From: an uncultured Acidobacteriota bacterium | GTDB taxonomy: Bacteria > Acidobacteriota > Thermoanaerobaculia > UBA5066 > DATFVB01 | Direction: 5' to 3' | Length of the DNA: 64,000 bases | Assembly (NCBI GenBank): GCA_963813155.1 | Contig: CAWEYG010000006.1 | Span: forward strand, 64,001-128,000 | In this document: piece by piece, positions 40,653 to 50,619 of the stretch | How positions within the stretch are numbered: the first letter of the stretch is position 1 | Layout of the letters: every line of letters starts with the position of its first letter | Notes under the pieces: generated by a model | What the model was told of the DNA's origin: nothing | Seen by the model: only the letters and a program-made list of their open reading frames with translations | Database searches by the model: none | Translations under genes and position numbers: made by a program

Positions 40653-41855
40653 GTGAAAGTCGGCACGGCCCTGCGGCTGACGCGGCGCGTCGAATCGATT
40701 CGGCCCTCGCCGACGCTCGCGATTTCGCGAACCCTCGCGGACATGCGGCGCCAGGGTCGCGACGTCGTCGATCTCGGCGTCGGCGAGCCCGACTTTCCGA
40801 CGCCGGATTTCGTGAAGCAGGCGGGAATCCGCGCGATCGAGGGAAACCGCACACGGTACACCGACACTCCCGGGGAGATTTCCCTGCGCGAGGCGATCGC
40901 CGCGAAGTTCCGGCGGCGCGGAGCCGCGGTCGACTCTTCGCGGGTCGCGGTTTCCGCGGGTGGCAAGCAGACCCTTTTCAACGCGTGCCAGGTCCTGTTC
41001 CAGGAGGGAGACGAGGTCCTGTTCTTCTCGCCCTACTGGGTGTCCTTTCCGGAGATGGTCCGCCTGGCGGGGGCGACGCCCGTGATCGCGCCCGCGCGGG
41101 CGGAGAACGCGTTTCGTCCGACGCTCGAAGACCTGCGTCCCTTCGCGACGGAAAAGTCGAGGGGACTCATCCTCAACTCTCCGAACAACCCGACGGGGGC
41201 GGCGATCGAGGAGGGCGACCTCGCGAAAATCCTCGCCTGGGCGCGCGACCGGGGCCTCTTCGTGCTCTACGACGAGTGCTACGAATTCTTTCTCTACGGG
41301 GGAAGACCCCACGCTTCGCCGACAGATCTGTGGGCGGACCATGCGGAGCACGTCCTCATCTCGGGCGCGGCTTCCAAGACCTACGCGATGACGGGATGGC
41401 GGCTCGGCTGGGGCGTCGGGCCGAAGGCGGTGATCGCCGCGATGTCCGCGTACCAGAGCCATTCCACGTCGAACGCCTCGTCGATTTCCCAGGAAGCGGC
41501 GCTCGCGGCTCTCACCGACGTGGAGCGGGCCGACGATTCGGTCCGGAAGATGCTCGCGGAGTACGCGATTCGCCGGGATCGGATCGTCTCCGCGCTGAAC
41601 GCGGTGACGGGAGTGCGCTGTCCGCCGCCCGACGGGGCCTTCTACGCGTTCGCCGACGTGTCGGCGCTCTATCCCCGATCGGGTGTCTCCGGGTCGGTGG
41701 ATTTCTCGAAATTGCTGCTCGAGCGGGCCGGCGTCGCGACGATTCCGGGCGCGGCGTTCGGAGAGGATCGCTACATCCGCTTCTCGTTCGCCGCGGCGCG
41801 CGAGGAGATCGAAAAAGGCATGCGCCTATTTCAGGAGTTCGCGAACTCGCTCTGA
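40653..41855 (+). CDS. PLP-dependent class I aminotransferase (aspartate aminotransferase-like)
   Basis: GEPDF, NSPNNPTG, DECY, SKTYAMTGWRLG, GAFY, IRFSFA. Confidence 0.94.
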   Translation: MKVGTALRLTRRVESIRPSPTLAISRTLADMRRQGRDVVDLGVGEPDFPTPDFVKQAGIRAIEGNRTRYTDTPGEISLREAIAAKFRRRGAAVDSSRVAVSAGGKQTLFNACQVLFQEGDEVLFFSPYWVSFPEMVRLAGATPVIAPARAENAFRPTLEDLRPFATEKSRGLILNSPNNPTGAAIEEGDLAKILAWARDRGLFVLYDECYEFFLYGGRPHASPTDLWADHAEHVLISGAASKTYAMTGWRLGWGVGPKAVIAAMSAYQSHSTSNASSISQEAALAALTDVERADDSVRKMLAEYAIRRDRIVSALNAVTGVRCPPPDGAFYAFADVSALYPRSGVSGSVDFSKLLLERAGVATIPGAAFGEDRYIRFSFAAAREEIEKGMRLFQEFANSL

Positions 41856-42832
41856 CCGTCTCCGACCCAGACGCTGAAAGAGCCGCCCGCGTACGTGCCG
41901 CCGCGACCCTTCTCCCGAAAATAGAAGACGAACGTCCAGAGTCCCGGCCGGTCGAGCTGGTACTGGAAGGAAAATTTCCCGTGGATCGACGGCACGAGGC
42001 AGTGGAACGTGCGCAGTCCGACGGCGGTGTCGCCGGAAGCGGCGGGCAGCAGTGCCCACGTCGGATCCGGGTAGGAATAGGAGTGGCGCGAGTTCACCTG
42101 CTCGCGCGTCAGGCGCGAGGGGAACGGCTGAACCGCGACCGAGACGAAATCGAGCTTCCGCCGGTCGAGGGCCTTGCCCCTCACCCGGATCGACGACCCG
42201 TCCGCGCCGACGCGAACGACCCGCAGCGAGTCGTACCCGCGCGTCGTGAATTCCTCCGCGAGGCGAAAGTCGCCTCCCTCGAGCGCCCATCCGACCCCGA
42301 CGTGCGTGGCCAGCGGGTCGAGGATCGCCCGCCGGTGGCCGTCGTTGGGAGGCTTCTCGTGGAGCATCTCCTTCTCGCCGAGGATCGCGAGGTCCTTCGG
42401 GCTGTCCCAGAGGTGGCCGGAGGAGGTCATGAACGCGGCCGCGTTCTCCGAGTTCGCGGCGAGGTCCCCCGACCGGGAGAGGCGCGCGTAGGGAGGCACG
42501 CCGTCGAGGAGAAAGTGCCCGACGGTGCCGTCCGTGATCTGCTGCCGCGTGTAGGCGCGGGCGAGCGAAGCCGCTTTCTCGTCCCAGAGCACGGGCCCCA
42601 GGCCCGCGCCGGCTCGATCGGCGTTGATCTGATCGAAGATCGCGCGCTCGACGCCGTCCCGCGGAGCGGCCTCGCGCGGAAAGTCGTCCTCGATCCAGCG
42701 GGAGAGCTCCGGCTTCAGGATCGCGAGGGGCGCCGCAGGCTCGAAGCGAAGGAACGCGGGCACCGCGGCGCATCCCGCGAGTCCGAGAATCGCGGCGAGC
42801 AGGCAGAGGAAGCGGGGTTTTGGAATATGCAT
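41831..42832 (-). CDS. CAP/SCP-domain lipoprotein
   Basis: Lipobox LAGC, INADRAGAGLGPV, EN, GHRRAILDP...HVGVG. Confidence 0.8.
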   Translation of the reverse strand: MHIPKPRFLCLLAAILGLAGCAAVPAFLRFEPAAPLAILKPELSRWIEDDFPREAAPRDGVERAIFDQINADRAGAGLGPVLWDEKAASLARAYTRQQITDGTVGHFLLDGVPPYARLSRSGDLAANSENAAAFMTSSGHLWDSPKDLAILGEKEMLHEKPPNDGHRRAILDPLATHVGVGWALEGGDFRLAEEFTTRGYDSLRVVRVGADGSSIRVRGKALDRRKLDFVSVAVQPFPSRLTREQVNSRHSYSYPDPTWALLPAASGDTAVGLRTFHCLVPSIHGKFSFQYQLDRPGLWTFVFYFREKGRGGTYAGGSFSVWVGDGQSEFANS

Positions 42833-42845
42833 TATTTTAGCGGAA

Positions 42846-43838
42846 GTGAAATCCGTTTTCATCACCGGAGCGACGGGATTCGTCGGAAGCCATGCGGCGC
42901 GGAGATTCGCGGCCGACGGCTGGAAGGTCAAGGCGCTCGTGCGCCGGCCCGAGCGGCCCGGCCTGCTGCCTTCCGGCGTGGAAGTCGTCGCGGCCGAGCT
43001 GGCGGATCCGGCGGGGTACGCGCGGTCGCTGGAGGGCTGCGACGCCGTCGTCCACGTCGCGGGCGCGACGAAGGCGCGATCTCTCTCGGAATACAGGGAC
43101 ACGAATGTCCGGGCGACGGCGGCGCTCGCGCGGGCGGCGGCGCGGTCGTGCCCGGGCGCGATGTTCGTCTTCGTCTCGTCTCAATCGGCCGCAGGGCCGT
43201 CGCGGGGCGGAGTCCCGGTCCGCGAAGGCGACGTCGCCCGCCCGGTCTCGTGGTACGGGATCTCGAAGCTCGAAGGTGAGGATGCGGTCGCGCGCGAGCG
43301 GGCAGGCCCGTGGTGCGTGATTCGCCCGTGCACGGTGTACGGCCCGGGAGACCCGGGCCTGCTCCAGCTCTTTTCGATCGTGGCGCGCGGCTGGGCGCCC
43401 GTGCTCGCGGGAGGCCGGGGCAGGATTCAGCTGATCGGCGTGGCGGACCTCGCGCGCGTCATCGCGGCGGCCGCCGTTCGGGCCGACCTGTCGGGCCGGC
43501 GCGGATTTGCGGCCGGCGCCGAGACGACCATGGGAGAGCTCGTCGCCTGCATCGCCTCCCTGCGGCAGCCGCCGGCTCGGCGGGTGCCCGTTCCCGCGTT
43601 CCTGGTCCGTGCCGCCGGATGGGCCGAGTCGATTCGCGAGGTCGTCACGCGCCGGGCGCGTCCCTTCAACCGGGACAAGGCGAAGGAGATCCTGCAGCCG
43701 GGTTGGATCTGTGACTCCGCCCCCTTCCTGGCGGACCTCGGAATCGACGGCCTCGCGGACTGGCGGGCGGGGATGCGCGAAACGGCGCTCTGGTACGAGC
43801 GGGAAGGGTGGCTGGCCTCGTCTTTCGCGCAATTGTAA
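42846..43838 (+). CDS. NAD-dependent epimerase/dehydratase; candidate ceramide reductase (CerR-like)
   Basis: TGATGFVG, HVAG, VSS, YGISK (YxxxK), VYGPGD; directly upstream of spt and bCerS. Confidence 0.8.
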   Translation: MKSVFITGATGFVGSHAARRFAADGWKVKALVRRPERPGLLPSGVEVVAAELADPAGYARSLEGCDAVVHVAGATKARSLSEYRDTNVRATAALARAAARSCPGAMFVFVSSQSAAGPSRGGVPVREGDVARPVSWYGISKLEGEDAVARERAGPWCVIRPCTVYGPGDPGLLQLFSIVARGWAPVLAGGRGRIQLIGVADLARVIAAAAVRADLSGRRGFAAGAETTMGELVACIASLRQPPARRVPVPAFLVRAAGWAESIREVVTRRARPFNRDKAKEILQPGWICDSAPFLADLGIDGLADWRAGMRETALWYEREGWLASSFAQL

Positions 43839-43879
43839 AATTTGCTAAACTCCGGGGCGAATCGCGGAGGGAGGCCTCT

Positions 43880-45100
43880 TTGCGCAAAGTCGCGGTATCG
43901 GTCCAGACTGAAAAAAGGCGGGTCCCCTTCTTCGAGAAGTGCCGGACCTACGACGTGCCGGACAAGATCATTGCGGCCGGCGTGTGGCCCTATTTTCGGG
44001 TGATCGAATCGGCCCAGGATCCGATCGTCATGATCGACGGCAAGCCCTTGATCATGCTGGGCTCGAACAACTATCTCGGACTCACGAATCACCCGAAGGT
44101 CAAGGAAGCCGCGACCGCGGCGATCGCCCGGTACGGATCCGGCTGCGCGGGCAGCCGTTTCCTGAACGGAACGCTCGGCATCCACGTCGAGCTCGAGGAA
44201 AAGCTCGCCCGTTTCATGGGCAAGGAAGCCGCCGTCACGTTCTCGACCGGGTTTCAGGTCAACCTCGGCGCGATTTCCTGCCTCGTCGAGCGCGGAGACG
44301 TCGTCTACCTCGACAAGCAGGACCACGCCTGCATCATCGACGGGGCGAGGCTCTCCTTCGGAGTCACGAAAAAATTCGCGCACAACGACGCCGCCGATTT
44401 GCGGCGGCTGATGGACGACGGCTGCCGCAAGGGGCGCCTGATCGTCGTGGACGGCGTGTTCTCGATGGAGGGCGACATCGCCCCGCTTCCGGACCTCATC
44501 GAGGTCGCCCGGGAATTCGGGGCGGGCCTGATGGTGGACGACGCCCACGGGCTGGGAGTTCTCGGAAGGAACGGCCGGGGAACGGCGGAGCATTTCGGCC
44601 GGGAAGACGACGTCGACCTGATCATGGGGACGTTCTCGAAGTCGCTCGCGTCGATCGGCGGTTTCATCTGCGGCGACGCGGACACGATTCATTTCATCAA
44701 GCACCAGGCCCGGACGATGATCTTCTCGGCGGCGCCCCCGCCCGCCTCGGTCGCGGCGGCCTCGGCGGCCGTCGACATCATCGAGAAGGAGCCCGACCGC
44801 CGGGAGCGCCTGTGGCGCAACACCCGCTTCATGATGGCCGGCCTGAGAAACCTCGGTTTCGACACGGGAGACTCGGAGACGCCGGTCATCCCGATCGTCG
44901 TCGGCGACGATTACCACGCGTTCGGAATGTCCAAACGCCTCCACGAAGAGGGCATCTTCGTGAACCCGGTCGTTTCGCCCGCGACGCCGAAGGGGCGCGC
45001 GCTGCTTCGAACGTCCTACATGGCGACCCACACCGAAGAGCACCTCTCCCGGGCCCTCGAGGCCCTGGAGAAAGTGGGCAAAGAATTCGGCGTGATTTGA
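43880..45100 (+). CDS. spt: Serine palmitoyltransferase (AOS family)
   Basis: GSNNYLGL, GCAGSRFLNGT, HACIIDG, GVFSMEGD, DDAHG, PLP-Lys motif GTFSKS; next to a bCerS-like gene. Confidence 0.82.
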   Translation: MRKVAVSVQTEKRRVPFFEKCRTYDVPDKIIAAGVWPYFRVIESAQDPIVMIDGKPLIMLGSNNYLGLTNHPKVKEAATAAIARYGSGCAGSRFLNGTLGIHVELEEKLARFMGKEAAVTFSTGFQVNLGAISCLVERGDVVYLDKQDHACIIDGARLSFGVTKKFAHNDAADLRRLMDDGCRKGRLIVVDGVFSMEGDIAPLPDLIEVAREFGAGLMVDDAHGLGVLGRNGRGTAEHFGREDDVDLIMGTFSKSLASIGGFICGDADTIHFIKHQARTMIFSAAPPPASVAAASAAVDIIEKEPDRRERLWRNTRFMMAGLRNLGFDTGDSETPVIPIVVGDDYHAFGMSKRLHEEGIFVNPVVSPATPKGRALLRTSYMATHTEEHLSRALEALEKVGKEFGVI

Positions 45101-46218
45101 GCCTCGTCGAGCTCTCGCTCTCCCGGGCGGACGTCGCCCGCTTCCTCGAAGTCCCGTACGGAATCTACGGCGACGACCCCAACTGGGTGGCGCCGCTCCT
45201 CGACGACCTGAAAAAAGTCTTCACGAACGCGAACCCGCTCTTCGAGCACGCGGAGATGAAGCTGTGGGTTTCGGTGCGCGACGGCCGCGACGTCGGCCGG
45301 ATCGCGGGAATCCTCGACCGCGCCCACAACGAGTTCCACCGCGAGAAGAGCGCGTTCTTCGGCTTCTTCGAGTCGATCGACGACCGCGGAGATCTCCCGC
45401 GAGCTCTTCGCCCGCGTCGGGGCCTGGGCGAAAGAGAAGGGGATGGATCGGATCCTCGGGCCGATGAACCCGACCACGAACGACGAATGCGGGCTCCTGA
45501 TCGAAGGCTTCGATTCTCCGCCGGTCCTCATGATGACGTACAACCCGCAGTACTACTTGCCGCTCTACGACGACGCGGGGCTCGTCAAGGCGAAGGACCT
45601 TCTCGCGTACAAGATCGCGATCGACCCGAAGCCGCTCGAGCGGCTCGACCGGCTCGCCCGGGGTTTCTCCCGCCGCGAAAAGGACCTGACGATTCGCCCG
45701 ATCCGGAAAAAGACGCTCGCGGCCGACCTTGCAAAAGTCAAAGAGGTCTACAACGCCGCGTGGGAAGACAACTGGGGCTTCGTTCCCATGACCGACGGCG
45801 ACATCGATTTCATGGCGGCGCGCCTGAAGCCCCTGCTCGCCGAGGACATCATGCTGCTCGCCGAGACCCCGGCCGAGCCGGTCGCCTTCATGATGAGCCT
45901 TCCGGATTTCAACGAGGCGATGAAGCCGCTCAAGGGACGGCTCCTGACGCCGAAGATCTTCGGTTTTCTCGCGTATCTTCTCGGCTGGAAGACGCCGAAG
46001 ATGACGCGGCTCATCACGCTCGGGATCAAGAAGGGATACCGCAGCCGCGGCATCGACGCCGTGATGTTCGCCGAATCGTTGAAGGCGATGCTGAAGGCCG
46101 GCTACGAGTCGTGCGAGATCTCCTGGATCCTCGAAGACAACGTCATGGTGCAGCGCCCGATCGACCTTTTCGACGGCAGGGTCTACAAGCGCTACCGGAT
46201 CTACGAAAAAGGGTCTGA
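45097..46218 (+). CDS. bcerS: Bacterial ceramide synthase-like tandem GNAT protein (apparent frameshifts ~45390 and ~46207)
   Basis: DPNWVAPL, GRIAG, FFGFFE, GPMNPTTNDECGLLIEGF, MTYNPQYY, AWEDNWGFVP, PDFN, SWILEDN, KRYRIY; TTGA overlap with spt. Confidence 0.78.
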   Translation: MSLVELSLSRADVARFLEVPYGIYGDDPNWVAPLLDDLKKVFTNANPLFEHAEMKLWVSVRDGRDVGRIAGILDRAHNEFHREKSAFFGFFESIDDRGDLPRALRPRRGLGEREGDGSDPRADEPDHERRMRAPDRRLRFSAGPHDDVQPAVLLAALRRRGARQGEGPSRVQDRDRPEAARAARPARPGFLPPRKGPDDSPDPEKDARGRPCKSQRGLQRRVGRQLGLRSHDRRRHRFHGGAPEAPARRGHHAARRDPGRAGRLHDEPSGFQRGDEAAQGTAPDAEDLRFSRVSSRLEDAEDDAAHHARDQEGIPQPRHRRRDVRRIVEGDAEGRLRVVRDLLDPRRQRHGAAPDRPFRRQGLQALPDLRKRV

Positions 46219-46227
46219 AGCCGAGCG

Positions 46228-46728
46228 ATGGACCCGTACCCGCTCGCCACCCTCATCGCCAACATCGCTCTGGCGCTGTCACTGGTCGTGGGCTGGTGTT
46301 CGGTATCGCTCAGGTGCGGGCGGCCGCCCGCGACCGACGGGAACGCCTCACGATCGACACCCTGCGGACGTTTCAAACTCGCGAGTTCGCCGAGCTCATG
46401 ATGATGATCGCGTTTCGCGACATGCCCTCGACCCGCGAAGAAATGCGCGCGCTCTCCGTTGGCGATCAGGTGATGTTCGCCGAATTCGCGCAGAAAATGG
46501 AGTCGCTCGGGATCCTTGTCGCCGAACAGGTGATCGATCTCGACCTCGTGGAAAAAAACTCTCGGCTCGTTCGTCACGACGTCGTGGGAAAAATACCGGC
46601 CCGCGTTCCTGGACATGCGCGAGAAGAACCCCGACCCGTTTCTGGGCGAGTACTTCCAGTGGCTGGCGGAGAGAATCCAGCAGCTCATGGACCAAAACCC
46701 CCGCAAACCGTTCTACGAGAAGCGGTGA
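46228..46728 (+). CDS. Small N-terminally anchored protein, DUF4760-like (apparent frameshifts ~46292 and ~46555)
   Basis: TM ANIALALSLVV..VFGIAQV; ESLGILV..QVIDLDLV; W..YRP...EYFQWL when the frames are joined. Confidence 0.6.
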
Positions 46729-46795
46729 CGGCGCGGTGAACATCCTTCCGATGTCCGACTCGAACGACGAGTACGCACGCAGTTCCTGCCTGGTG

Positions 46796-47698
46796 CTAGT
46801 CTCGCGCAGCGTTCGCGATTCCGGAAGGCACGGAGGCGCCGCTCTTCATCCACGCGTACAGCCGCTCGCCGAGCGGAACGCAGACGAACGCGAGAACGAG
46901 CCCCGCGGCCACGTCGACGACGTAGTGAAAACGGCAGTAGATGGTCGAGACCACGAGCAGCACCGCGATCGGGAGCCACGCCCGGAACAGCCGGTTCGCT
47001 TCGCGCCGGGCGATGAGCAGGCAGAAGACCGTCACCATCGTGTGACCCGACGGAAACGCGTCGTCCTTCGTGTGTTCCAGCTCGTTCAGCTTCGCGGAGA
47101 TCGCTCGCGAGACGGGCGTGACCTCGAGCTTCACCGATTGCTCCGCCGCGAGCGACACGCGGGGCCCTTTGGCGGGCACCAGGAAGTAGCCCAGGTAGGA
47201 GACGTAGAACGTGAATGAGAGGCAGAAAATGAACTTCCGAGCGAGAGCGGGGTTCTTCTTCCAGAGCGCCGCGCCGACGAAGATCGGAAAGAAATAGTAC
47301 GTCGCGTAGGCGATCAGCAGGAGGTCGGTCAGGGGCGGCCAGACGAACCGCTCGAGCCAGACGGTGGGGTCGAGATGGAAGACCGCTCGGTCGGCCGCGA
47401 CGAGCCATGCGTCTTTTTCGCCGCCGCGGACCGCCGGGATCAGCACGCCGAGGCTCTCGTAGATCATCGGAATCACGGCCATCGGGTAGAAATTCACGGC
47501 GAGGCGGAGGGCTCCGGGAAGCCGGTCTTCGCGGCGGGCGAGGAAGGAAACGATCAGCAGGAAAACGAGCATCCAGCCGTAGCGCCCGAGAACCCCGGGC
47601 CAGGCGGGGAGCCGTCCCGCGAACGCGCACAGCGCCGCCACGCCCGCGAGCATCGCGACGACGGCGAGGTTCAGCACTTCGAGCGGGCGTCGAGACAT
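46796..47698 (-). CDS. PAP2-superfamily membrane phosphotransferase, Aur1/IPC-synthase-like (PAP2_3)
   Basis: About 8 TM; YATYYF, GYFLVPAKGPR, DAFPSGH, STIYCRFHYVVDVAAG. Confidence 0.8.
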   Translation of the reverse strand: MSRRPLEVLNLAVVAMLAGVAALCAFAGRLPAWPGVLGRYGWMLVFLLIVSFLARREDRLPGALRLAVNFYPMAVIPMIYESLGVLIPAVRGGEKDAWLVAADRAVFHLDPTVWLERFVWPPLTDLLLIAYATYYFFPIFVGAALWKKNPALARKFIFCLSFTFYVSYLGYFLVPAKGPRVSLAAEQSVKLEVTPVSRAISAKLNELEHTKDDAFPSGHTMVTVFCLLIARREANRLFRAWLPIAVLLVVSTIYCRFHYVVDVAAGLVLAFVCVPLGERLYAWMKSGASVPSGIANAARD

Positions 47699-47731
47699 CG
47701 GGCAATTTTATCATTCGGATAGAATCCGGAC
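47699..47731. promoter_or_regulatory. Back-to-back leaderless promoters for the PAP2 gene and nfeD
   Basis: Minus strand TGATAAAAT-6 nt-ATG; plus strand TAGAAT-6 nt-GTG; no SD for either gene. Confidence 0.6.
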
Positions 47732-49075
47732 GTGCTCGTTCTGCAGCGGCTCGCCCGGTTCGGGGTCTTTCTGGCCGCGCTGACGCCCTTTTCGGCCGTT
47801 CGCGCCGCCGCGCCGCCGGTCGCCCCTCCGCCGGAACGGCCGCTCGTCGTCGTGTGCCGGCTCGACAGCGAAGTCCATCCGGCCGCGGCCGATTTCCTGA
47901 AGAGGTCGATCCGCCGCGCGGAGGAGGAAAAGGCCGCGCTCCTCGTGATCGAGCTTTCGACTCCCGGCGGCCTGATGACCTCGATGCGGGAAATCACGAC
48001 CGCGATCGTCAACTCGAAGGTCCCCGTGGCCACGTTCGTCTATCCCTCCGGAGCCCGGGCCGCCTCGGCCGGATTCTTCATCCTTCTGGCGGGAGACGTC
48101 GCCGCGATGGCACCCGGAACGAACACGGGCGCCGCCCACCCCGTGGGCGGGCAGGGCGAGGACATTCCGAAGACGCTCGGGAAGAAGGTCGAGCAGGATG
48201 CCCTGGCCCAGATCCGGACGCTGTGCGCGGCCCACGGCCGGGATGCCGCCGCCGCGGCGAAGGCGGTGACCGACAGCATCTCCTACACCGAGGGCGAGGC
48301 GAAGGAGAAGAAGCTGATCGAGTTCGTCGCGCGGGATCCCGCTGAGCTGTGCGAGAAGATCGACGGGACTTCGGCCGCGCGAACGGCCGGAGGCCGGGTC
48401 GTGCTTCACGTGAAGAACCCGCGCTGGGATTTCCTCGAGATGGGGCCGGTCGAGCGCGCCCTCGGAATCGTGTCGGAGCCGAACCTGGCCTACATCTTCT
48501 TTCTCATCGGCCTCGTCGGGATCTACTTCGAGCTCTCGCACCCGGGCGCGGTGCTGCCCGGCGTCGCGGGGGGCATTTCGCTGCTCCTGGCGCTCTACGC
48601 CTTCTCCGTCCTTCCCGTCAACGTCGCGGCCGTCGGTCTGATCGCGCTCGGCATCGTTTTCATTGTGGCGGAAGTGAAGTTCCCCGTTCACGGAATGCTC
48701 GCGCTCTCCGGCGCGGCCTGCTTCGTCGCGGGATCCGTCCTGCTGTTCTCGGGCAATCCGATCGGATACCGGGTGCAGCTTTCCCTCCTGCTGCCCGGAG
48801 CGGTCGTGGCCGCAGGAAGCCTCGCCGCGCTCTCGATGCGCGCCGCGGCGGTGCGGCGGCGGCCGGTCCGGACGGGAGCCGAAGGCCTGATCGGAGAGAC
48901 GGGCCGGGCGCTGACCGAGCTCGCTCCGAGCGGACGCGTCCTCGCGCACGGAGAGTACTGGGACGCGTCGGCGGACTCGCCGATCGCTCCCGGCTCCGCC
49001 GTGCGAGTCGTCGGAAAGAAGGGTTTCATTCTCCAGGTCGAGGCTCTCGGTCCCCAGAAAGGAGATCTTCCATGA
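47732..49075 (+). CDS. nfeD: Membrane-bound serine protease NfeD (long form)
   Basis: [26 protein letters not shown] region ELSHPG, C-terminal OB fold GEYWDA. Confidence 0.93.
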   Translation: MLVLQRLARFGVFLAALTPFSAVRAAAPPVAPPPERPLVVVCRLDSEVHPAAADFLKRSIRRAEEEKAALLVIELSTPGGLMTSMREITTAIVNSKVPVATFVYPSGARAASAGFFILLAGDVAAMAPGTNTGAAHPVGGQGEDIPKTLGKKVEQDALAQIRTLCAAHGRDAAAAAKAVTDSISYTEGEAKEKKLIEFVARDPAELCEKIDGTSAARTAGGRVVLHVKNPRWDFLEMGPVERALGIVSEPNLAYIFFLIGLVGIYFELSHPGAVLPGVAGGISLLLALYAFSVLPVNVAAVGLIALGIVFIVAEVKFPVHGMLALSGAACFVAGSVLLFSGNPIGYRVQLSLLLPGAVVAAGSLAALSMRAAAVRRRPVRTGAEGLIGETGRALTELAPSGRVLAHGEYWDASADSPIAPGSAVRVVGKKGFILQVEALGPQKGDLP

Positions 49076-49821
49076 TCGCTCCAGGACTGCTCGTCGCGGG
49101 CGTCATCGCCCTCATCATCCTCATGAAATGGGTCAACATCCTGAAGGAGTACGAAAGGGCCGTGACGTTCTGGCTCGGGCGGCTTGCGCCGCAGCCGAAG
49201 GGCCCGGGATTCACGTTCATCTTTTGGCCTTTCGAGACGATGGTCCGGGTCTCGCTGCGAACGATCGTTCACGAGGTTCCGCAGCAGGACATCATCACCC
49301 GGGACAACGTTTCGGTGAAGGTCTCTGCCGTCGTCTACTTCCGCGTGATCGACGCGCCGCGCGCGGTCGTCGAAGTGGAGAACTACCTGTACGCGACGTC
49401 GCAGCTCGCGCAGACGGTCCTTCGGTCGGTGCTCGGGCAGGCGCAGCTCGACGAGCTGCTCGCCGAGCGCGACAAGCTGAATCTCGCTCTCCAGCAGACG
49501 ATCGACCAGCACACGGAGCCGTGGGGGATCAAGGTGTCGATGGTGGAGGTCAAGCAGGTCGACCTGCCGCCCGAGATGCAGCGCGCCATGGCGATCCAGG
49601 CGACTGCGGAGCGGGAGAAGCGCGCGAAGATCATCCATGCCGAGGGAGAGTTCCAGGCCTCGCAGCAGCTGGCCAACGCCGCGAAGGTGATCGCGACGGA
49701 GCCGATGACGCTGCAACTGCGGTACCTGCAAACGCTGACCGAGATTGCCTCGGAGAAGAACTCCACGATCGTCTTTCCGCTGCCGATCGAATTCTTCAAG
49801 GCGTTCCTCGGAAAGGGATGA
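49072..49821 (+). CDS. Slipin (stomatin-like SPFH/band 7) protein
   Basis: [55 protein letters not shown]. Confidence 0.94.
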   Translation: MIAPGLLVAGVIALIILMKWVNILKEYERAVTFWLGRLAPQPKGPGFTFIFWPFETMVRVSLRTIVHEVPQQDIITRDNVSVKVSAVVYFRVIDAPRAVVEVENYLYATSQLAQTVLRSVLGQAQLDELLAERDKLNLALQQTIDQHTEPWGIKVSMVEVKQVDLPPEMQRAMAIQATAEREKRAKIIHAEGEFQASQQLANAAKVIATEPMTLQLRYLQTLTEIASEKNSTIVFPLPIEFFKAFLGKG

Positions 49822-49848
49822 TCGCGGAAATTTGCTAAGATCGCCGGA

Positions 49849-50619
49849 ATGACCGATCCGGCCAGGAAGTCCTACTACCAGGTCTCATTCACCGGTGTCC
49901 AGGCGCTGGCCGGGCTCGTCGGCCTCCTGGCGGCTCTGGCTCTGGCCTTCTTTCTCGGGGCGAAGGCGGGATTCGAAAAGTCGACTCTCGCCTCCCAGCC
50001 GTCGGTCGTGCCGCCGGGCGAGAGCGAATCCACGGCATCGGCGCCGCCCGCGCCGACCTCGACGACGATTGCGACTCCTCCCGGAGCGAAATCCTCTCCG
50101 GCGCCCGTTCCGGCGGGAGCCGCCGCGACAGGTAGCCCGGCGACGCCCGTTCCCCCGCAGGAAGCTCCCGTGTTCGAAGACCGCGAGGCGGGTGTCGCGG
50201 CGGAACAGGCGCCGTCGAGGACGGAAATCGCGGGAGAACCGGCCCGGCCGGCGAGCGGGCCGTCCAGTCCGAAGTCTTCGACGAAACCGGCGGCAACTCC
50301 CCCGGCGAAGCCCGCCGCGAAGGCCCCATCACCGAAGGCGGCGGCCGAGCCCGAAGAAACCTCTCCCGCCTCCCCGAAAGCCGCGGCCGGCTTCTACGTG
50401 CAGGTGATTTCGACGACGTCGAAACCGGAGGCGACGAGATGGAAAGACAAGCTCTCGTCGAAGAAATACAAGCCCGCGTTGTCGGCCGTGGATTCGAGCA
50501 AGGGGAAGATGTACAGGATCCGTCTCGGGCCGTACGCCGACAAGGAGCAGGCGAGGAAGCTGGCGGCGAAGATCTCCTCCGAGTTCCACAGGACCGCCTG
50601 GGTGGCTCCCGCGCAATGA
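49849..50619 (+). CDS. SPOR-domain cell-division protein (DedD/FtsN-like)
   Basis: N-terminal TM, Pro/Ala linker, FYVQV...YRIRLGPY. Confidence 0.87.
   Translation: MTDPARKSYYQVSFTGVQALAGLVGLLAALALAFFLGAKAGFEKSTLASQPSVVPPGESESTASAPPAPTSTTIATPPGAKSSPAPVPAGAAATGSPATPVPPQEAPVFEDREAGVAAEQAPSRTEIAGEPARPASGPSSPKSSTKPAATPPAKPAAKAPSPKAAAEPEETSPASPKAAAGFYVQVISTTSKPEATRWKDKLSSKKYKPALSAVDSSKGKMYRIRLGPYADKEQARKLAAKISSEFHRTAWVAPAQ

Noticed and set aside
43880-45100. BioF or Kbl assignment
   Set aside because: No bio or tdh genes nearby; the GTFSKS motif and the bCerS-like neighbour favour Spt.
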